64,000 nt of DNA, taken from Octopus sinensis (Eukaryota). Location of the stretch: positions 34,968,001-35,032,000 of the forward strand of contig NC_043004.1 in assembly GCF_006345805.1 (NCBI RefSeq), read 5' to 3'. Below are positions 24,216-37,605 of the stretch, piece by piece. A model generated the notes under the pieces. The model worked only from the letters and a program-made list of their open reading frames with translations, was not told the origin of the DNA and made no database searches. The first letter of the stretch is position 1, and each line of letters begins with the position of its first letter. The translations under genes and the position numbers were made by a program.

Positions 24216-24218
<3 letters not shown>

Positions 24219-24642
24219 ATCTTGAGAATGATTTTCAAGCATTGCATACAAAAATAAAAGTAAAACAGAAGGACTTAGAAACATAGACAATGTACAGAAA
24301 TAATAGTATTAGACAGTGTACATATATTATATGGAGTACACTTAATACAATAGAAAAGCAAAACCAAACACAGCATGTACCCAAGGCACAAGGAGCTGCA
24401 TTCACTTACACTGTAAAAGCACACAATCATGTGACTATGAGAATAGTAGTAATGATGATACTGGTATTAATCATGATAGTAGTTATTTCTTTATTTGCTT
24501 GAAGGGTAACAGAACAACAAAAACAAAACAATACATAGGAGACCAGAGAGAGATGAGGTGTGGTAAGCATGTAACTATTCATAACAAACGTTACTACAAA
24601 TATATAGAGAGAGATGCAGATAAACACAATTAAGCATGACTC

Positions 24643-24690
<48 letters not shown>

Positions 24691-24725
24691 CTATGTATGT
24701 GTGTGTATATATATATATATATATA

Positions 24726-24889
24726 CGTAGGAGTGGCTGTGTGGTAAGTAGCTTGCTTACTAACCACATAGTTCTGGGTTCAGTCCCACTGCGTAGCACC
24801 TTAGGGCAAGTGTCTTCTATTATATCCTTGGGCTGGCCAAACCCTTGTGAGTGGATTTGGTAGACGGAAACTGGAAGAAGCTTGTCGTA

Positions 24890-24933
<44 letters not shown>

Positions 24934-25147
24934 CGTGTGTATATGTTTGTGTGTCTGTGTTTGTTCCCCCAACATCGCTTGACAACCGATACTGGAGTGT
25001 TTATGTCCCCATAACTTAGCGGTTTGGCAAAAGAGACCGATAGGATAAGTACTAAGCTTACAAAGAATAAGTTCTGGAGTCGATTTGCTCAACTAAAGGT
25101 GGTGCTCAAGCATGACCACAATCGAATGACAAGTAAAAAAAAGTAAA
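24726..25147 (+). mobile_element. Full-length SINE family A
   Basis: Same structure as 16077-16468. Confidence 0.85.
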
Positions 25148-25644
25148 GCGTACATATATATATATATGTAAATCTCTATATATTCAGAAATATAAACACA
25201 TACATACACACACACACACACACAAATATATTTATATATGCCATTCTTTCTCATTCGCATGTCATGTGATCTTTGTGTACCTTCCACTTAATAGTTTACT
25301 TCTTTTGGAGGAATTTTCATGGTAAAATTAATTGTTTATTTTATAATGTAAACCAAAGGATAAAAGATCAAAACCTATCAAAGCAGTGGTTCTCAAGTAT
25401 GTTTTACCTGGTTCCTATTTTACTGTTTTATCTGGTTTTACCTGGTTCCTATTTTACTTCTGGTGCAAATGCCAAGCAATGCAGCATGTCATTTCCAAAT
25501 TTTTGGCAGATTGAATTGCATCATGGTGCTGTTTTTCTCACAGGTGGTGCCCAACTGACCCTACTATACTGTGTATTCAACAAAACGAAAAGCGAACAAT
25601 GTGCATGCACGAAATAAAAATTTAAAATGTCGACAATTTACACA

Positions 25645-25652
25645 TCGCAGCC

Positions 25653-25698
<46 letters not shown>

Positions 25699-25755
25699 AA
25701 TACATATATTATATATATATATATATATACATTATATATATATATATATATATAG

Positions 25756-25834
<79 letters not shown>

Positions 25835-25837
25835 TAT
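25645..25837. repeat. Long imperfect (TA)n/(CA)n microsatellite
   Basis: Directly visible; one of many such tracts in the window. Confidence 0.95.
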
Positions 25838-26405
25838 AAGAAGAGGGGGGTAGAGAAGAGATAAAGCTCTCCATGCTGAAAGGGAATATTTAAATATTAA
25901 ATCTTCGAAGAATTATATTGAATGACTGAGTATTTCTTTGGAAGTAAAGAGTGTAAATGCAACATTTTTTTTTCCTAATGCATTAGATGTGAAATATAGT
26001 GATTAATAAATGTTGCTTTGGGAGAGATTAGAGAATAATTGAAATATCTTGCTTCAGGCAAAATACAGACTGTTACCATAATTTTTCTATTATATCATAA
26101 CCATCTAATTAGCTTTATTTGATTCCATTTAGGTTACAAGATGGTTTTGTACAATAGGTATTTATAAATGAGGACAAAATCTTGATGCAATAGATCTACC
26201 AATTTTTCTTATTTTATTTATTTTTTTCATCATGTAACTTTCCTTGCTCAAAGGATTGTTGCTTCAAGAATATTTAACCAATGGCTGTTTAGAGAAATTT
26301 CTGCTTTTAGCTATATTAAATACATTTCGTCATGCAGACTGACATTAGCATATACATTTACTGATTATTCACAAATGTATGCATACATTTTGCCATGTAC
26401 ATCTC

Positions 26406-26436
<31 letters not shown>

Positions 26437-27016
26437 CCTCTCTGTATATATATATATGTAAATGGATAGATCTCAATATATATAAACAGACATACCCATA
26501 CTCACAACAGAAATATACATATAGAATACATAAGTATATATGTATGCGTATATGTATATATATAAATATTTAAGAATTTTTTGTGTAATAAGATGAAAAA
26601 AACCAAGGCTGTATAGATATTGGAGCATTTATAGATAGAAGGTCTTACAGCTGTTTCTAGGATATTAATTAATAATATCCCTTCAGCGGAGATGGTGTGA
26701 GAGGAAAGTTAAGTCTTAGTTTACTTGTGATACAAAATAAAGAGCAAGGTGTAGGAAAGAAAATAGATGCAAGATATGTATGGGTATTGAAGGTATTTAT
26801 ATATATATATATATATATCGTCAGTAAACCATAAATCCCCAAAAGAAGCAAACTCCAAGTTAGAGAACAGTAAAGTATATAGATAGACTTGCTAGAGAGG
26901 TCATAGGCCAACAGGTTAAGGACCTGAAGAAATATTGTAAAGCTAAACACTTTATGGACATGAAATCCACAGTAATCCTCTGTAGACCAGCCACATATAT
27001 CTTTATCTCTATGCAT

Positions 27017-27068
<52 letters not shown>

Positions 27069-27278
27069 TACAAACATACACACCATGAGCAATGGAATGC
27101 AAAAAGAAAATAGACAACAGCACAGTCATGTTTTAAATATATTCCACAAAAGTTTAATGTTTAAAAGGGAAGGAAAATAATCTTAATACTTTGGATGCTC
27201 GTCCTTAATCAGAAGTAAAAATATACAAGAAAAGGAAAGGATTGTGAGAGACAAAAAGTGGTTCAAGAGAGAGAGAAA

Positions 27279-28497
27279 TATCAGGCAGAGTAATAACAAG
27301 TAAGCATCGTTTCGAAACATGAAATTCATCTCAATATATTTCAACAATGCAGAAATTTTATGAAAGTACCATTTTTGCCAATCAGTTACAAGTTTGTTTA
27401 TTCTGGTGACATAAAAATCTTCAGCATCGGTTTGATTTTTAAACTCCTTCTCTTGCAGGAAACCATCAAGGTGGTAGTCATTAGGAGAAAGGTCTTGGGA
27501 ATAAGCTGAGTGGGTAAGAACTTCATAGTCAAATTTCTTCAATTTTTGGAGCATCATTAATGAAATGTGTGGTCAAGCATTGTCATAAAGAATGATTGGC
27601 CCTTTTCTATTGACCAGTCTGAGAGAGACGAGTAGCAGTTTGTTGTTCATTTTAGAAATTTCATGGCAATATGTTTCTGCAGCAATGGTTTTACCAGCTT
27701 TTAAGAAGTTATAGGGGTTGAGTCCAGCAGTACACCGCCAAAGAGTCACTGTAACCTTTTTTTTTTATTTTGAAGAGCTCAGGTTTAGGGAAGGTTTTTG
27801 GTGCTTCATTTTTGTCCAACCACTGCAAAGAAAGTTTTTCATTATTGTACAGAATCCACTTTTCATTGCAAGTTACAATACGGTCAAGAAATGGATCAGT
27901 CTGGTTATGGAGAAGAAGCAACGAGCAAACTTCATATCTGCGCATTTTCTGATTTTCATTCAAATCGTGTGGTACCCGTTTCTAGAGCTTATATTTTCCA
28001 ATCACATGCAAATGTTTGAAGGCAGTTTACTGGCTAACATGAAGTTTTTTTGCCAGTTGTGAGTGGTTTTACGTGGATCTTTCTCAACGAAAGTCTTTAA
28101 TTGACTATCATTGATAACAGATGAACGTCCACTATGCTCACGATCTCCAAGGCTCAGGTCTCCACTGCGAAATCATTTAAACCATTTTCGAGCTGACCAC
28201 TCACTGGTCATTTCTTCACCAAATGTTTTGTTGATATTGTAAGCAGTTTCAGTTGCTTTATGTCCTTTTTTGAAGTTGAATAGCAAAATTGCTCAAATGT
28301 CATGCTTTGACAGTTCCATTGCAGATGATTTTAACAACGGTGGGAAAAAAAAAATCAATGTTAATTTATTGAAGCATTTGGGCAAGTCTATGTCTGCATT
28401 ATCAGACAATTGCAAAAAAAATGTGTAAAGAAGATTCAAAATCCGGTACAAATTCTTCGTGGTTCAAAATGTTGCTTACTTTTTACTCAACCTGATA
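27279..28497 (-). mobile_element. Near full-length decayed mariner element
   Basis: TIRs TATCAGGCAGAGTAA..AAGTAAGCA / TGCTTACTTTTTACTCAACCTGATA; transposase remnants FKKGHKATETA, VPHDLNENQKMRRYEVCSLLL, RIVTCNEKWILY, LYDNA*PH, YSQDLSPNDYHL. Confidence 0.9.
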
Positions 28498-28544
28498 ATA
28501 TAAATGTACGTGAATACATGTTTACACACACACACACACAAATA

Positions 28545-28702
28545 TATACATGCGGTAGGCTTCTTTTTGTTTCTATTTAACAAATCCATTCACAAGGCTT
28601 TTGTATGCTTGAGGTTATAGTAGAAGACACTTGCCTAAGGTGCTTTGTGCAAGAACTGAATCCAAGATCACATCGGTCGGAAGCAAGGTTCTTAACTACA
28701 CA
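28545..28702 (-). mobile_element. SINE family A, 5' half, decayed
   Basis: AAATCCATTCACAAGGCTTT...CTATAGTAGAAGACACTTGCCTAAGGTGC is the reverse complement of the family A head/CORE part. Confidence 0.65.
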
Positions 28703-28990
28703 AATATGTGGCAGCAGGATCCAGTGCCTTACTATACTTCTGAAGAATTTCCACCTTCACCAGCCCCAATTTCTCGTCCCTTAATCCTCCCTGATTAGAA
28801 TCTCGTGCATTATTATGTGCGATATGACTGAGAAAGACACCAACTGCTTTACCTACAGTTCCAAGGCAAAGCTGGTGGCCAAGATCTAGGTATTCAAAGA
28901 TCTTTCCAGAGATACAGTGAAGAATGCATGTGCCAGGTCCTGGAACTATCTTGAGGTCGTGGTGGAAGCTTGGAATGGTCGCTTTGAGTA
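28700..28990 (+). mobile_element. Tc1/maT-like transposase C-terminal relic
   Basis: WQQDPVP..., decayed WPPxSPDxNPxDYY region, SKAKLVAKI*VFKDLSRDTVKNACARSWNYLEVVVEAWNGRFE*; homologous to 61950-62418. Confidence 0.65.
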
Positions 28991-29039
28991 AACTGCTTAT
29001 CTGAAAGAGAAAGGTAAGCATTTCCTGTAAACCACAAAT

Positions 29040-29560
29040 ACAGGAAGATTTATAACAGCAACTCAATTAAAATATCATACAGGTGCTGCCCCAACATGAA
29101 GAACATTATCATGCACAAGCATCACTTGGAGCACACTTCCAATTGTAACTTCTGAGACCTTGAAGCTCGCCCACTTTAATGGGTATGTATGATAAACTCC
29201 ATCGTCTATGAGGCAGAAGAAAACAGCAACACTTCATAACGTAGCCAAAATTTACATTGAGTTATGAGAAGGTAATGTCAAAAAGACGTTATGCAAACCA
29301 AATATCTTCTTTCTGGTACATCAACAAATGTGAAGCCACACTAAGTTGGTTAGCCACATATGGAGTTTAAAAAACCAACAGCACATCACATACAATCAAA
29401 TGGAGAATCATAGAAAATCCATGCCATATGTTAATGGATCTAAGAAATGCAACTTATGTGAAGCTGAAAGATGGCATATTCATTTTTGATCTATGAATTC
29501 CACCACACTACTACATTCCAGAACTGAAAATTTCAGAAAATGTAAACATTTCTTCTGGTG
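29040..29560 (+). mobile_element. Penelope-like element, linker and GIY-YIG endonuclease relic
   Basis: IKISYRCCPNMKNII...CN...SIVYEA...RYAN..SSF...HIWSLK...KWRII.KSMPYVNGSKKCNLCEAE, reconstructed across frameshifts. Confidence 0.8.
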
Positions 29561-30025
29561 AGTTGAAGGACATCAACTCAAATTGAGTAGCTGTCTCACT
29601 TACTTTTGACTCCTTTCCATTGAATTCTTTGGCAACAACTAGCTTAATTGTGGCTTTACTGTAAAAAAGGGTCATAAAAAGTTTTTCTTTTTTTTTCCAT
29701 TTTTATTCACCTTTCTGCATTTTGCCTCCATTTTTTCATTTTTTTCTCAGGATTTCTTTTGTACCAGCATCCTGATTTCAAAATATAACAGACCATAGGC
29801 TCAGGGCTTGGAGATTGCTTGGAGACACAAAGCATGCTATAATAATTTCCCTAGATCCTCATCTCCAAACAAGAAAATGTTAATAGCTCGTATCTTTATA
29901 CTTGTGTGTGTGTATACATATGTTGAGATGTAGCTCTTCCACTGTTGACTTTTTCATAAAGAAAATAGCATGTATTGAATACTTTAATGTCTGTGAACAC
30001 CATATTACACACACACACACGCGTG

Positions 30026-30063
<38 letters not shown>

Positions 30064-30247
30064 ATATATCATCATTACTGTTATCAGTTCAACTTTTAGT
30101 TTCTGTCTTGTTTTCATTCATGAGGTGTTGGTCAAATTGTGGCTGCATTACTGGACAGCCAACACTATCCATGCATTCGGACTAAACGACTAATTGGTTG
30201 GTTCCAAAGTGAACTTTGTAATCACAGTCAAGCTTATGTATCTGTAC

Positions 30248-30284
<37 letters not shown>

Positions 30285-30392
30285 TATGTGAATGTGAGTG
30301 TATGTAGTTTTATTTATGTTTTCAGTTGTCTGTTAACAAAGGAGAAAAACAATAAGTGTCCATGCAACATAATCTTGAACATTTATATGTGT

Positions 30393-30468
<76 letters not shown>

Positions 30469-32314
30469 TGTATGTATGTATAGGCCATATTTTCAAACTT
30501 CTAGGGTTAAAGTAATCACAAAGGAGGAAGCCATTAAATACATTGTGAAATTGTGCATAAAAGCCGAAGATTCATTTCTTCAGTTTTTACTTCTAATGAA
30601 ATGCTAACCTGATACTTGATAGTCAATTACCTTGTCTTACATCTATATAATTATTTTAATTGGAATTCAGATGTTAATCTAATTAAACTCCTTGTTAGAT
30701 ACTTTTGCTTCTCTATCTCATCATCCATTACACTAATTACATTATCATGCTTCCCTCATTATCACTTCTTTACTAATCAGCTTTTGATGTGACACTACTT
30801 GTCTCTACCATCCACATTACTTTCCTCATTAATCCAAAACCATCACACAATATTTAACAATTTATCTACTTGGTCATGTTTTATAAATTATTGGGATTTT
30901 AAAAAATAATCCCAAACATCACTTTGGAATATTGAGATTAGGCCTTTCATATCTCCACAACTCATCACTCTCAACTAGTGATTCTATTTCTTCTTATTCA
31001 GAGGTAAAAATTTCTCAAGAGAGTTGAAAGGCAGACAGTCTTCAGAGAAGAACCTTGCTCAAGCAAGTGCTTCAGCCTTTCATATGTTGACAACTCTTTA
31101 CGAAGAACTAGTAATTCAATTTCTACTTGGTCATGTTCAATAGCTTATTGTATTTCCAACAATATAAGATAATTTCACCAAAGTTCTACAATTCCAGATA
31201 TCACCCTGGAATATTGTGTTCAGACATTTCACATCTTATCAGCATCATATTGGTTTGATTTCTACTTTACATGTTAGCAGTTCAAATACTTACACTGTCT
31301 TTGGATTACTGGTTTAATACATATACCAGGAAGGTTACCATTCCAGCCAAATTGCTTTTTTTTCTCTCACTGATTTCCCCCAAATACAAATAAAACAGCT
31401 TTTGATGATTTACAGTATTTGTACAGAAAATCCCAGTAAAGTCACGTTCATTCATCACATACATCACACTGATTAAAGTTCCATTATTTCCTCTGTTATG
31501 GACATTTTGCTTCTATTTATTCAATGGATGCCTCTAGAAGCAGTGAAATTTACACCAAAAGCAGAACAGTGTTGGAAGAAATGTTTTCCAATGAAATAGA
31601 GGAATATGCTTCTGCTTTTTTTTCTCTCTCTCTTTTCGTTTCTCCCTTGTAATTTTCCATTTTTTGTCTCTCATTTTTATTGAGATCGAAGAGCAAGATA
31701 GTGTGTTTTCCTACCTTAATTGGATGTTGATTGTATCAGTTTTAGTTGGGTCATTCCTTCAATTGAAACTTGGCAATGTTAAAGTTTTATTTTAAACATC
31801 CTTCTTGTTTTATTCGATTTTGCCAAACTTCCTCAAATTGAAGCGTTATCAGAATGGTTTTAAACAAAGTTCTAGTATTATTACCAGCATCTCTTTAAAG
31901 TGGAATAAATTTTCTCTAAATAAACAGAGTAAAAAGATTCAGAGGGTTATTCAAGTAAATGACCAATAATGAGAACAGTGCTGCTGTTGTGTTATATACT
32001 CTTTCAGATTATTCAAAATTATTCTGTACTCTTTGTGTGTTATTGACAGTTCCAAAGGTATTTGTTGAAACTGGGGAAAAAATAAATGGTTATGTTATGT
32101 CAGGCAAGTTTGAATTCTGATTTAAATAATTTATTTTTTATTGCAGTAGCTGATAATATTTTTATTTATATTATTGTTGACTGAAAAAAAAGATCTCACA
32201 TCACACAGTTTATTGTTTTTGCAGACAATTTACTGAGATATCTTCAGAAACATCATGACATTTAATTGCATATGTCAGCATATTTTCCTGTTTTAATATT
32301 AAGATATATCTTTC

Positions 32315-32635
32315 TGCCTTTCATTTTTCATGGTTGATAAAGTAAGTACCAGTTGAATTCTGGGGTCAATGTCATTGGCTTAACCCCCTCCCCTTAAAAT
32401 TGCTGACCTTGTGCCAAAAATTTGAAGCTAATATTGACTTTAAATTTTGGCACAAAACCAGCAATTTTGGGGTAGGGGTCGGGTCAATTACTTCAACCCC
32501 TGTATTCAACTGGTACTTACTTTATCAACCATGAAAGGTAAAGTCCACCTTAGCAGACTCAGAATGTAAAGATGGACGAAATGGTGCTAAGCATTTTACC
32601 CAGAATGCTAACGATTCTGCCAGATCATCACCTGC
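32315..32635. mobile_element. Tail-to-tail pair of family B SINEs
   Basis: + partial copy 32315-32430 and - copy 32440-32635, about 10-nt spacer. Confidence 0.75.
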
Positions 32636-33231
32636 AATTTGAAGCAAATATTAAGATGTATATCTTCTTAGCTGAAATATACAATGTGTGTGCTGAAGCT
32701 ATACTCACATGACCCATCCGAGGCATATCTTAATTCATCTAGTGTAAACACTGAATGTGCTCCACAAATAATTTCAAATTAGTTGGGGCTATAGCTACTA
32801 TATATGTAAAATACACACATATACACAGCGATGATCAAGATATAACATGGAAATGATTTACAAACAGAACAAATAAACGTGAAAATCCTCTCATCAGCCA
32901 TGGAAATGTAAATCAGTATCGTTTCAGTACATTTAAAGTCAAAGAACTTTAAATTCAATGGTACTACTCTTTTGATTGTGATAGTGATAACTAAATTTGG
33001 AGGAGAAAAATATACTAGTCGAATGGAAAGCTGCTGACAGCTACAAGCAATAGAGCAATATAAGATACATACAGATTTATACACATATATGTACATAAGA
33101 AAATATATATACAACATCTGATCAAAAAATATTGGAAGTCCTGCATTTCACTAACAGAGAAAGAATATGTTTACACTAGTATCGTGTCCAAAGTGGGGTT
33201 TTGTTATAGTTCATCTTTCTTTAGGACACTG

Positions 33232-33622
33232 ATCTGGCAGAATCATAAATACACCAGGCAAACTGCTTGGCAGCATTGTATCTGACTTTATGTTCTGAGT
33301 TCAAATTCTGCCAAGGTCAAGTTTGCCTTTCATCTTTTCAGGGTCGATAAAATAAGTACCAGTTGAATACTGGGGTCAATGTAATTGCCTTACAGCCTCC
33401 CCCAAAATTGCTGGCCTTGTGCCAAAATTTGAAATGAATATATAATATTACTTCTGTTCTTGTGATATATGTTGAATTATGCATAAATAGATATTCTTTT
33501 CTACTCAAGGCCCGAAATTTTTGGGGAAGGGGCCAGTCGATTAGATCGACCCCATTATGCAACTAGTACTTAATTTATTGACCCTGAAAGTTTGAAAGGC
33601 AAAGTCAACCTCAGCAGAATTT
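33232..33622. mobile_element. Tail-to-tail pair of family B SINEs
   Basis: + copy 33232-33440 and - copy 33495-33622. Confidence 0.8.
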
Positions 33623-33989
33623 CATGCATAAATAGATAGCAATTATAAACAGTTACAATGAAATAAAAATAAAAAATATTACATAGCATTTAAAGGCTAA
33701 AGGTATATCTGAATCATCCTATTTATGATTGCTTTTTTTTTGTTTTTTCTTATTTGTATTCATTTTGTATCTAAGGATGTGTCTATGCTTACCTGAACAG
33801 AAAAGTTTTAACTACAAAGGCTGAGATCTTAGTCACTGAATTTTAAAATCTTCAGTTTGTAGCCTGGTCCATGGCTTGGAGTGGAGACCCCATCTCTAAA
33901 CTCCACCATGGGGTTAGGGTTCTACAAACTTAAATTTTGCTTTTAAATTTAGATTAAATTTACATTAAATGCTGAGGTGAGAACTAAAT

Positions 33990-34272
33990 TTGCCATAAGA
34001 GGAATGAGAGCTAGTAAGAGAGATGACAGCACTGGTATGGACATATGGTGCCTATTGGATGGATGAGAGAAGAGCAATGAAGCACCAGGAGATCTAAGTA
34101 AATGGAAATGGTGAAAGACTAAGGAACCCATGGACAGAAGTAGTAAAAGCTGATTTCAGGAAGGTGAACCTAGCAAAGGAGATGCTAAGGGAACACAACA
34201 AATGGTAAGATTTTGTGATGGAATAAACCAGTCCAACTCATGAAAGCATGGAAAAGCAGGCATGAAATGGTG
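33990..34272 (+). mobile_element. Old RTE 3' fragment ending directly in the terminal motif
   Basis: Remnants WYGHMV and WTEVVKADFRKVNL, followed by GTCCAACTCATGAAAGCATGGAAAAG. Confidence 0.55.
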
Positions 34273-35237
34273 ACATTTGCTTCATACCACACAAGTCTTA
34301 TAGAGAATGGGGTGCATGTTTCATAACAAATATTTGTTTGTCATTTTCATAAGAGACAAGTGTTGCTGCTATGGAAAGAATTATTCAAGCTTTATATTGG
34401 TTCTACAATCAATATATGGCCGAGTGCTAAGTCCACCCCACATTACACATTAGTTGAGTGTGCATGTAAAAGTACAGACCATTTGTCTTATAGAGAGTTT
34501 GGCATCACTGTTACATAGAGCTTACTGCTAGATTTTTACAGAATGACTGTTCACTGCATTGAATTCCATGCCATTCTTGATAGTGTAATCAAGATGATAA
34601 GGTAATATATTAATATCAATATAATTTCTTAAAGAGACACACAGTTTCATTACAAGCAAGTTAAATGTAATTATGTGAAATTCACACCTTAACAACATCT
34701 GTGCTACAAGTGAAGTTTGATATCTTTGCCATTATATTACCTGTGTTATATAACATTATGTCAGTGTTGTGTAATTTGTGAGGTACAACATTTATTATAT
34801 TTATTATGAGTGCAGCATCACAGAACACTGTGCTGTGTTTATTTAGAATATCATATTATAAACATGATAAAGGAAAGGCAAAAAGCAAGTAAACAGAAAG
34901 TATATGATATACATCAATGCTTGTTAATAATGGATACACAAACACATAGATATGTATATGTATATGCATGCATGCATGCATATATGTGTGTGTATACATA
35001 TATGTGTATCCATATATATATGTGTGTGTGTGTGTTTGTATACATATATGTATATCCATATATATATATGTGTGTGTGTGTGTGTGTATACATATATGTA
35101 TATCCATATATATATATATATGCGTGTGTGTGTTTGTATACATATATGTTGTGTATAAATATATGTATATCGATATATATATATATATGTGTGTGTATGC
35201 ATGTATATTATATATATATATATATACATATATACAT

Positions 35238-35272
<35 letters not shown>

Positions 35273-35919
35273 CACATACATACTTAGAGAGAGAGAGAGA
35301 GAGAGAGAGAACGAGAGAACAACATATGCAAGTATAGAAAAAAAACAAAAACTCAGTGCAATAAACAATAAGAGTGGAGTAAATGTGTTTAGACACAGAG
35401 TGTTTTTCATAAAGATAACTGCTTGCATTTATTTACGTTATTACATGAAGCATCTCACAAATATCTAACAAAATAGAAAGAGAAACTACTTAGACATTAT
35501 CGTGCTATTTATTGATGAAAGAATATGATACTTGACACCACTCTCACTAAATGGCTGTCAGTGACGCTACGTAGAGTAATCTACTGATCACTAGGAAAAT
35601 AGAGCCACTGATGATGACAGAAGAATAATACAATTGATAACAATGATGCTATCAAGCTTCAATCAAAGATGACTTCAGAAGATAATGGTGATCGTGGTCA
35701 AAGAATCACACGTACTTTTTATATTTAGATATCACAATCTGTGAAAAAAATAGCATACTTAGAGTTTTTCAATAGACCAGTCACTGGATCATTGCACATT
35801 TTTATGGCAACTGTGACAAGAGAGTGTTCACATCTCAGTATATATTCAGGGACTTCATGCCTAAATATCCCATTTAGGAGTTCTCTTGTTGATACACACA
35901 CACACACACACACATATGT

Positions 35920-36385
35920 TATGTGATGCAGATGGATACGGACAGCTCCATAAAAAAGTGCCAATCTCTTAAAGTGGATGGAACATATGGAAGTGGGAAG
36001 ACCTAGAAAGTCAAGGGATGAAGAACTGAAGAACAACCTCAGGAAACTGAACCTTTCAGGTGAAATGACAAATGACTGAGATACCTGCCACCTGGCTGTA
36101 CTCAGAAAGACCCGTACTCAGCATCAGAAGTGTTAAGTCCGATCCTGCTGGTAGTGTAAAACACTTGTGGCAGTACCACTTAAAAAGCACTCGTGCGGTG
36201 CCACGTATAAGCACCAAACGCATTCTGTAAAATCGTTGGCGTTAAGAAGGGCATCCAGCCATAGAAACCATGCCGAATCAGACTGGAGCCTAGTGCAGCT
36301 CTCCAGTTTGCCAGCTCTGGTCAAACCATCCAACCTATGCCACCATGGACAGCAGACGTTAAATAATGATGATGATGATGATATC
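35920..36385 (+). mobile_element. RTE 3' fragment with 3' module and (GAT)n tail
   Basis: RMDTDSSIKKCQSLKVDG...GRPRK-like remnant, then GTTGGCGTTAAGAAGGGCATCCAGCC...GACGTTAAATAATGATGATG. Confidence 0.75.
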
Positions 36386-36619
36386 AACAAGAGATAAACG
36401 CATGCATAAATACACACATGCTTTCATTGATCAATGAAAAGGAAGCTTGCATTCTTTTACCACAGAGTGTAACTAGAATTATTCTGCTGAAGCTAAAATT
36501 ACAGCTTCATTTTATATTTACATCATTATTTAGATGCCAATATGATGAATGATTATGTAAACAAGAAACCCAAGGAACAACATTAACTGTCAGCTAAAGA
36601 AATATATATGTTCTGATTA

Positions 36620-36850
36620 AATCCTCTTTCTGTCAACATGTACCACCTTCAGTGATGTAGCCTTTAATCTAATCAAGATATCCTTGGCTTCAAGAGTATC
36701 CAGTAGTATACACCTCACTTGGATTTTATCACTTCCGAGGTTCCACTTGTTATGAAACATATGCAGACCAGATTTATCCTACTCCATTCCGCAACTCTTG
36801 TGTTCTTTCTTGCACACTCAGCAACCCTGGTCACCTACCATGAAATATAA
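36620..36850 (-). mobile_element. Decayed RTE fragment (Cys-rich insert region)
   Basis: Reverse complement contains GAATGGAGTAGGATAAATCTGGTCTGCATATGT..., resembling the GVGxNSIxC region at 14060-14110. Confidence 0.35.
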
Positions 36851-37245
36851 AAAGAACTTTTTTCTGCTCATCATTCTTTGATAAAGAAAAATAATCTGCA
36901 ACCTTCCATCTCAATCAACCATCATTGTTCCTGAAAGTTGTTTTTTTACATTCACTATGGATTGCTTGAAGCTAACTTTCTTCCTGCACCTCAATCCCTG
37001 GATCTTACATTTTTATATATATATATATAAAAGTTCAGAAAAATTTAGATTCAGATGAATATGGTACTTAATTTAAAGGCACCAGAATTTGGTATGGTAT
37101 TATTCATATAAATCAAATGGGGTGATTATAATCAAAATAAGCAACAAGGATATCCAAGGTAATATAGTACAGTTGTTTCATGCTACCTCATTTTATCAAA
37201 CAATGTACTACATCAGTTTTAAAATGTAGAGCAATCTTCAGCCAC

Positions 37246-37284
<39 letters not shown>

Positions 37285-37479
37285 TACACATGAGCAATAA
37301 GAGACAGATCGTAAAAAATCTTTTTGTCTTGAAGAAGAAACACTGGAAGTTTATTCCAAAGCATGATGCAATGGAGCTCTACAGCTGTTCATCTCAATGT
37401 TTAGGGAGATATTTGAGTGTTACATAGCATCGTTAGAGATGTTTACTAAGTTTATTATTATAAATACTGTTGAAGGCAG

Positions 37480-37605
37480 AATGGTTAGCATGCTGAGCAA
37501 AATGCTTTCTAATATTTTATCCATTTTTACATTCTGAGTTCAAATACTACCAAGGTTATCTTTGCCTTTCCCCCATTTCCTGGATCAGTAAAATAAATGC
37601 CAGTT
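37480..37605 (+). mobile_element. SINE family B, 5' part
   Basis: GGCAGAATGGTTAGCATGCTGAGCAAAATGCTT...TCTGAGTTCAAATACT...TTTGCCTTTC. Confidence 0.65.

Noticed and set aside
23927-24290. Poly-N/I/L/Y ORFs, and the many YI/CV/HT-rich ORFs elsewhere in the track
   Set aside because: Translation artefacts of (AAT)n, (TA)n and (CA)n microsatellites.
28692-29066. 124-aa minus-strand ORF
   Set aside because: Antisense shadow of the Tc1/maT relic on the + strand.
29795-29840. Expected hammerhead downstream of the Penelope GIY-YIG relic
   Set aside because: Too decayed; the core is not recognisable.
31527-31600. WMPLEA resembling a tyrosine kinase subdomain VIII
   Set aside because: Flanking residues do not continue the kinase pattern, a stop follows, and there is no splice support.
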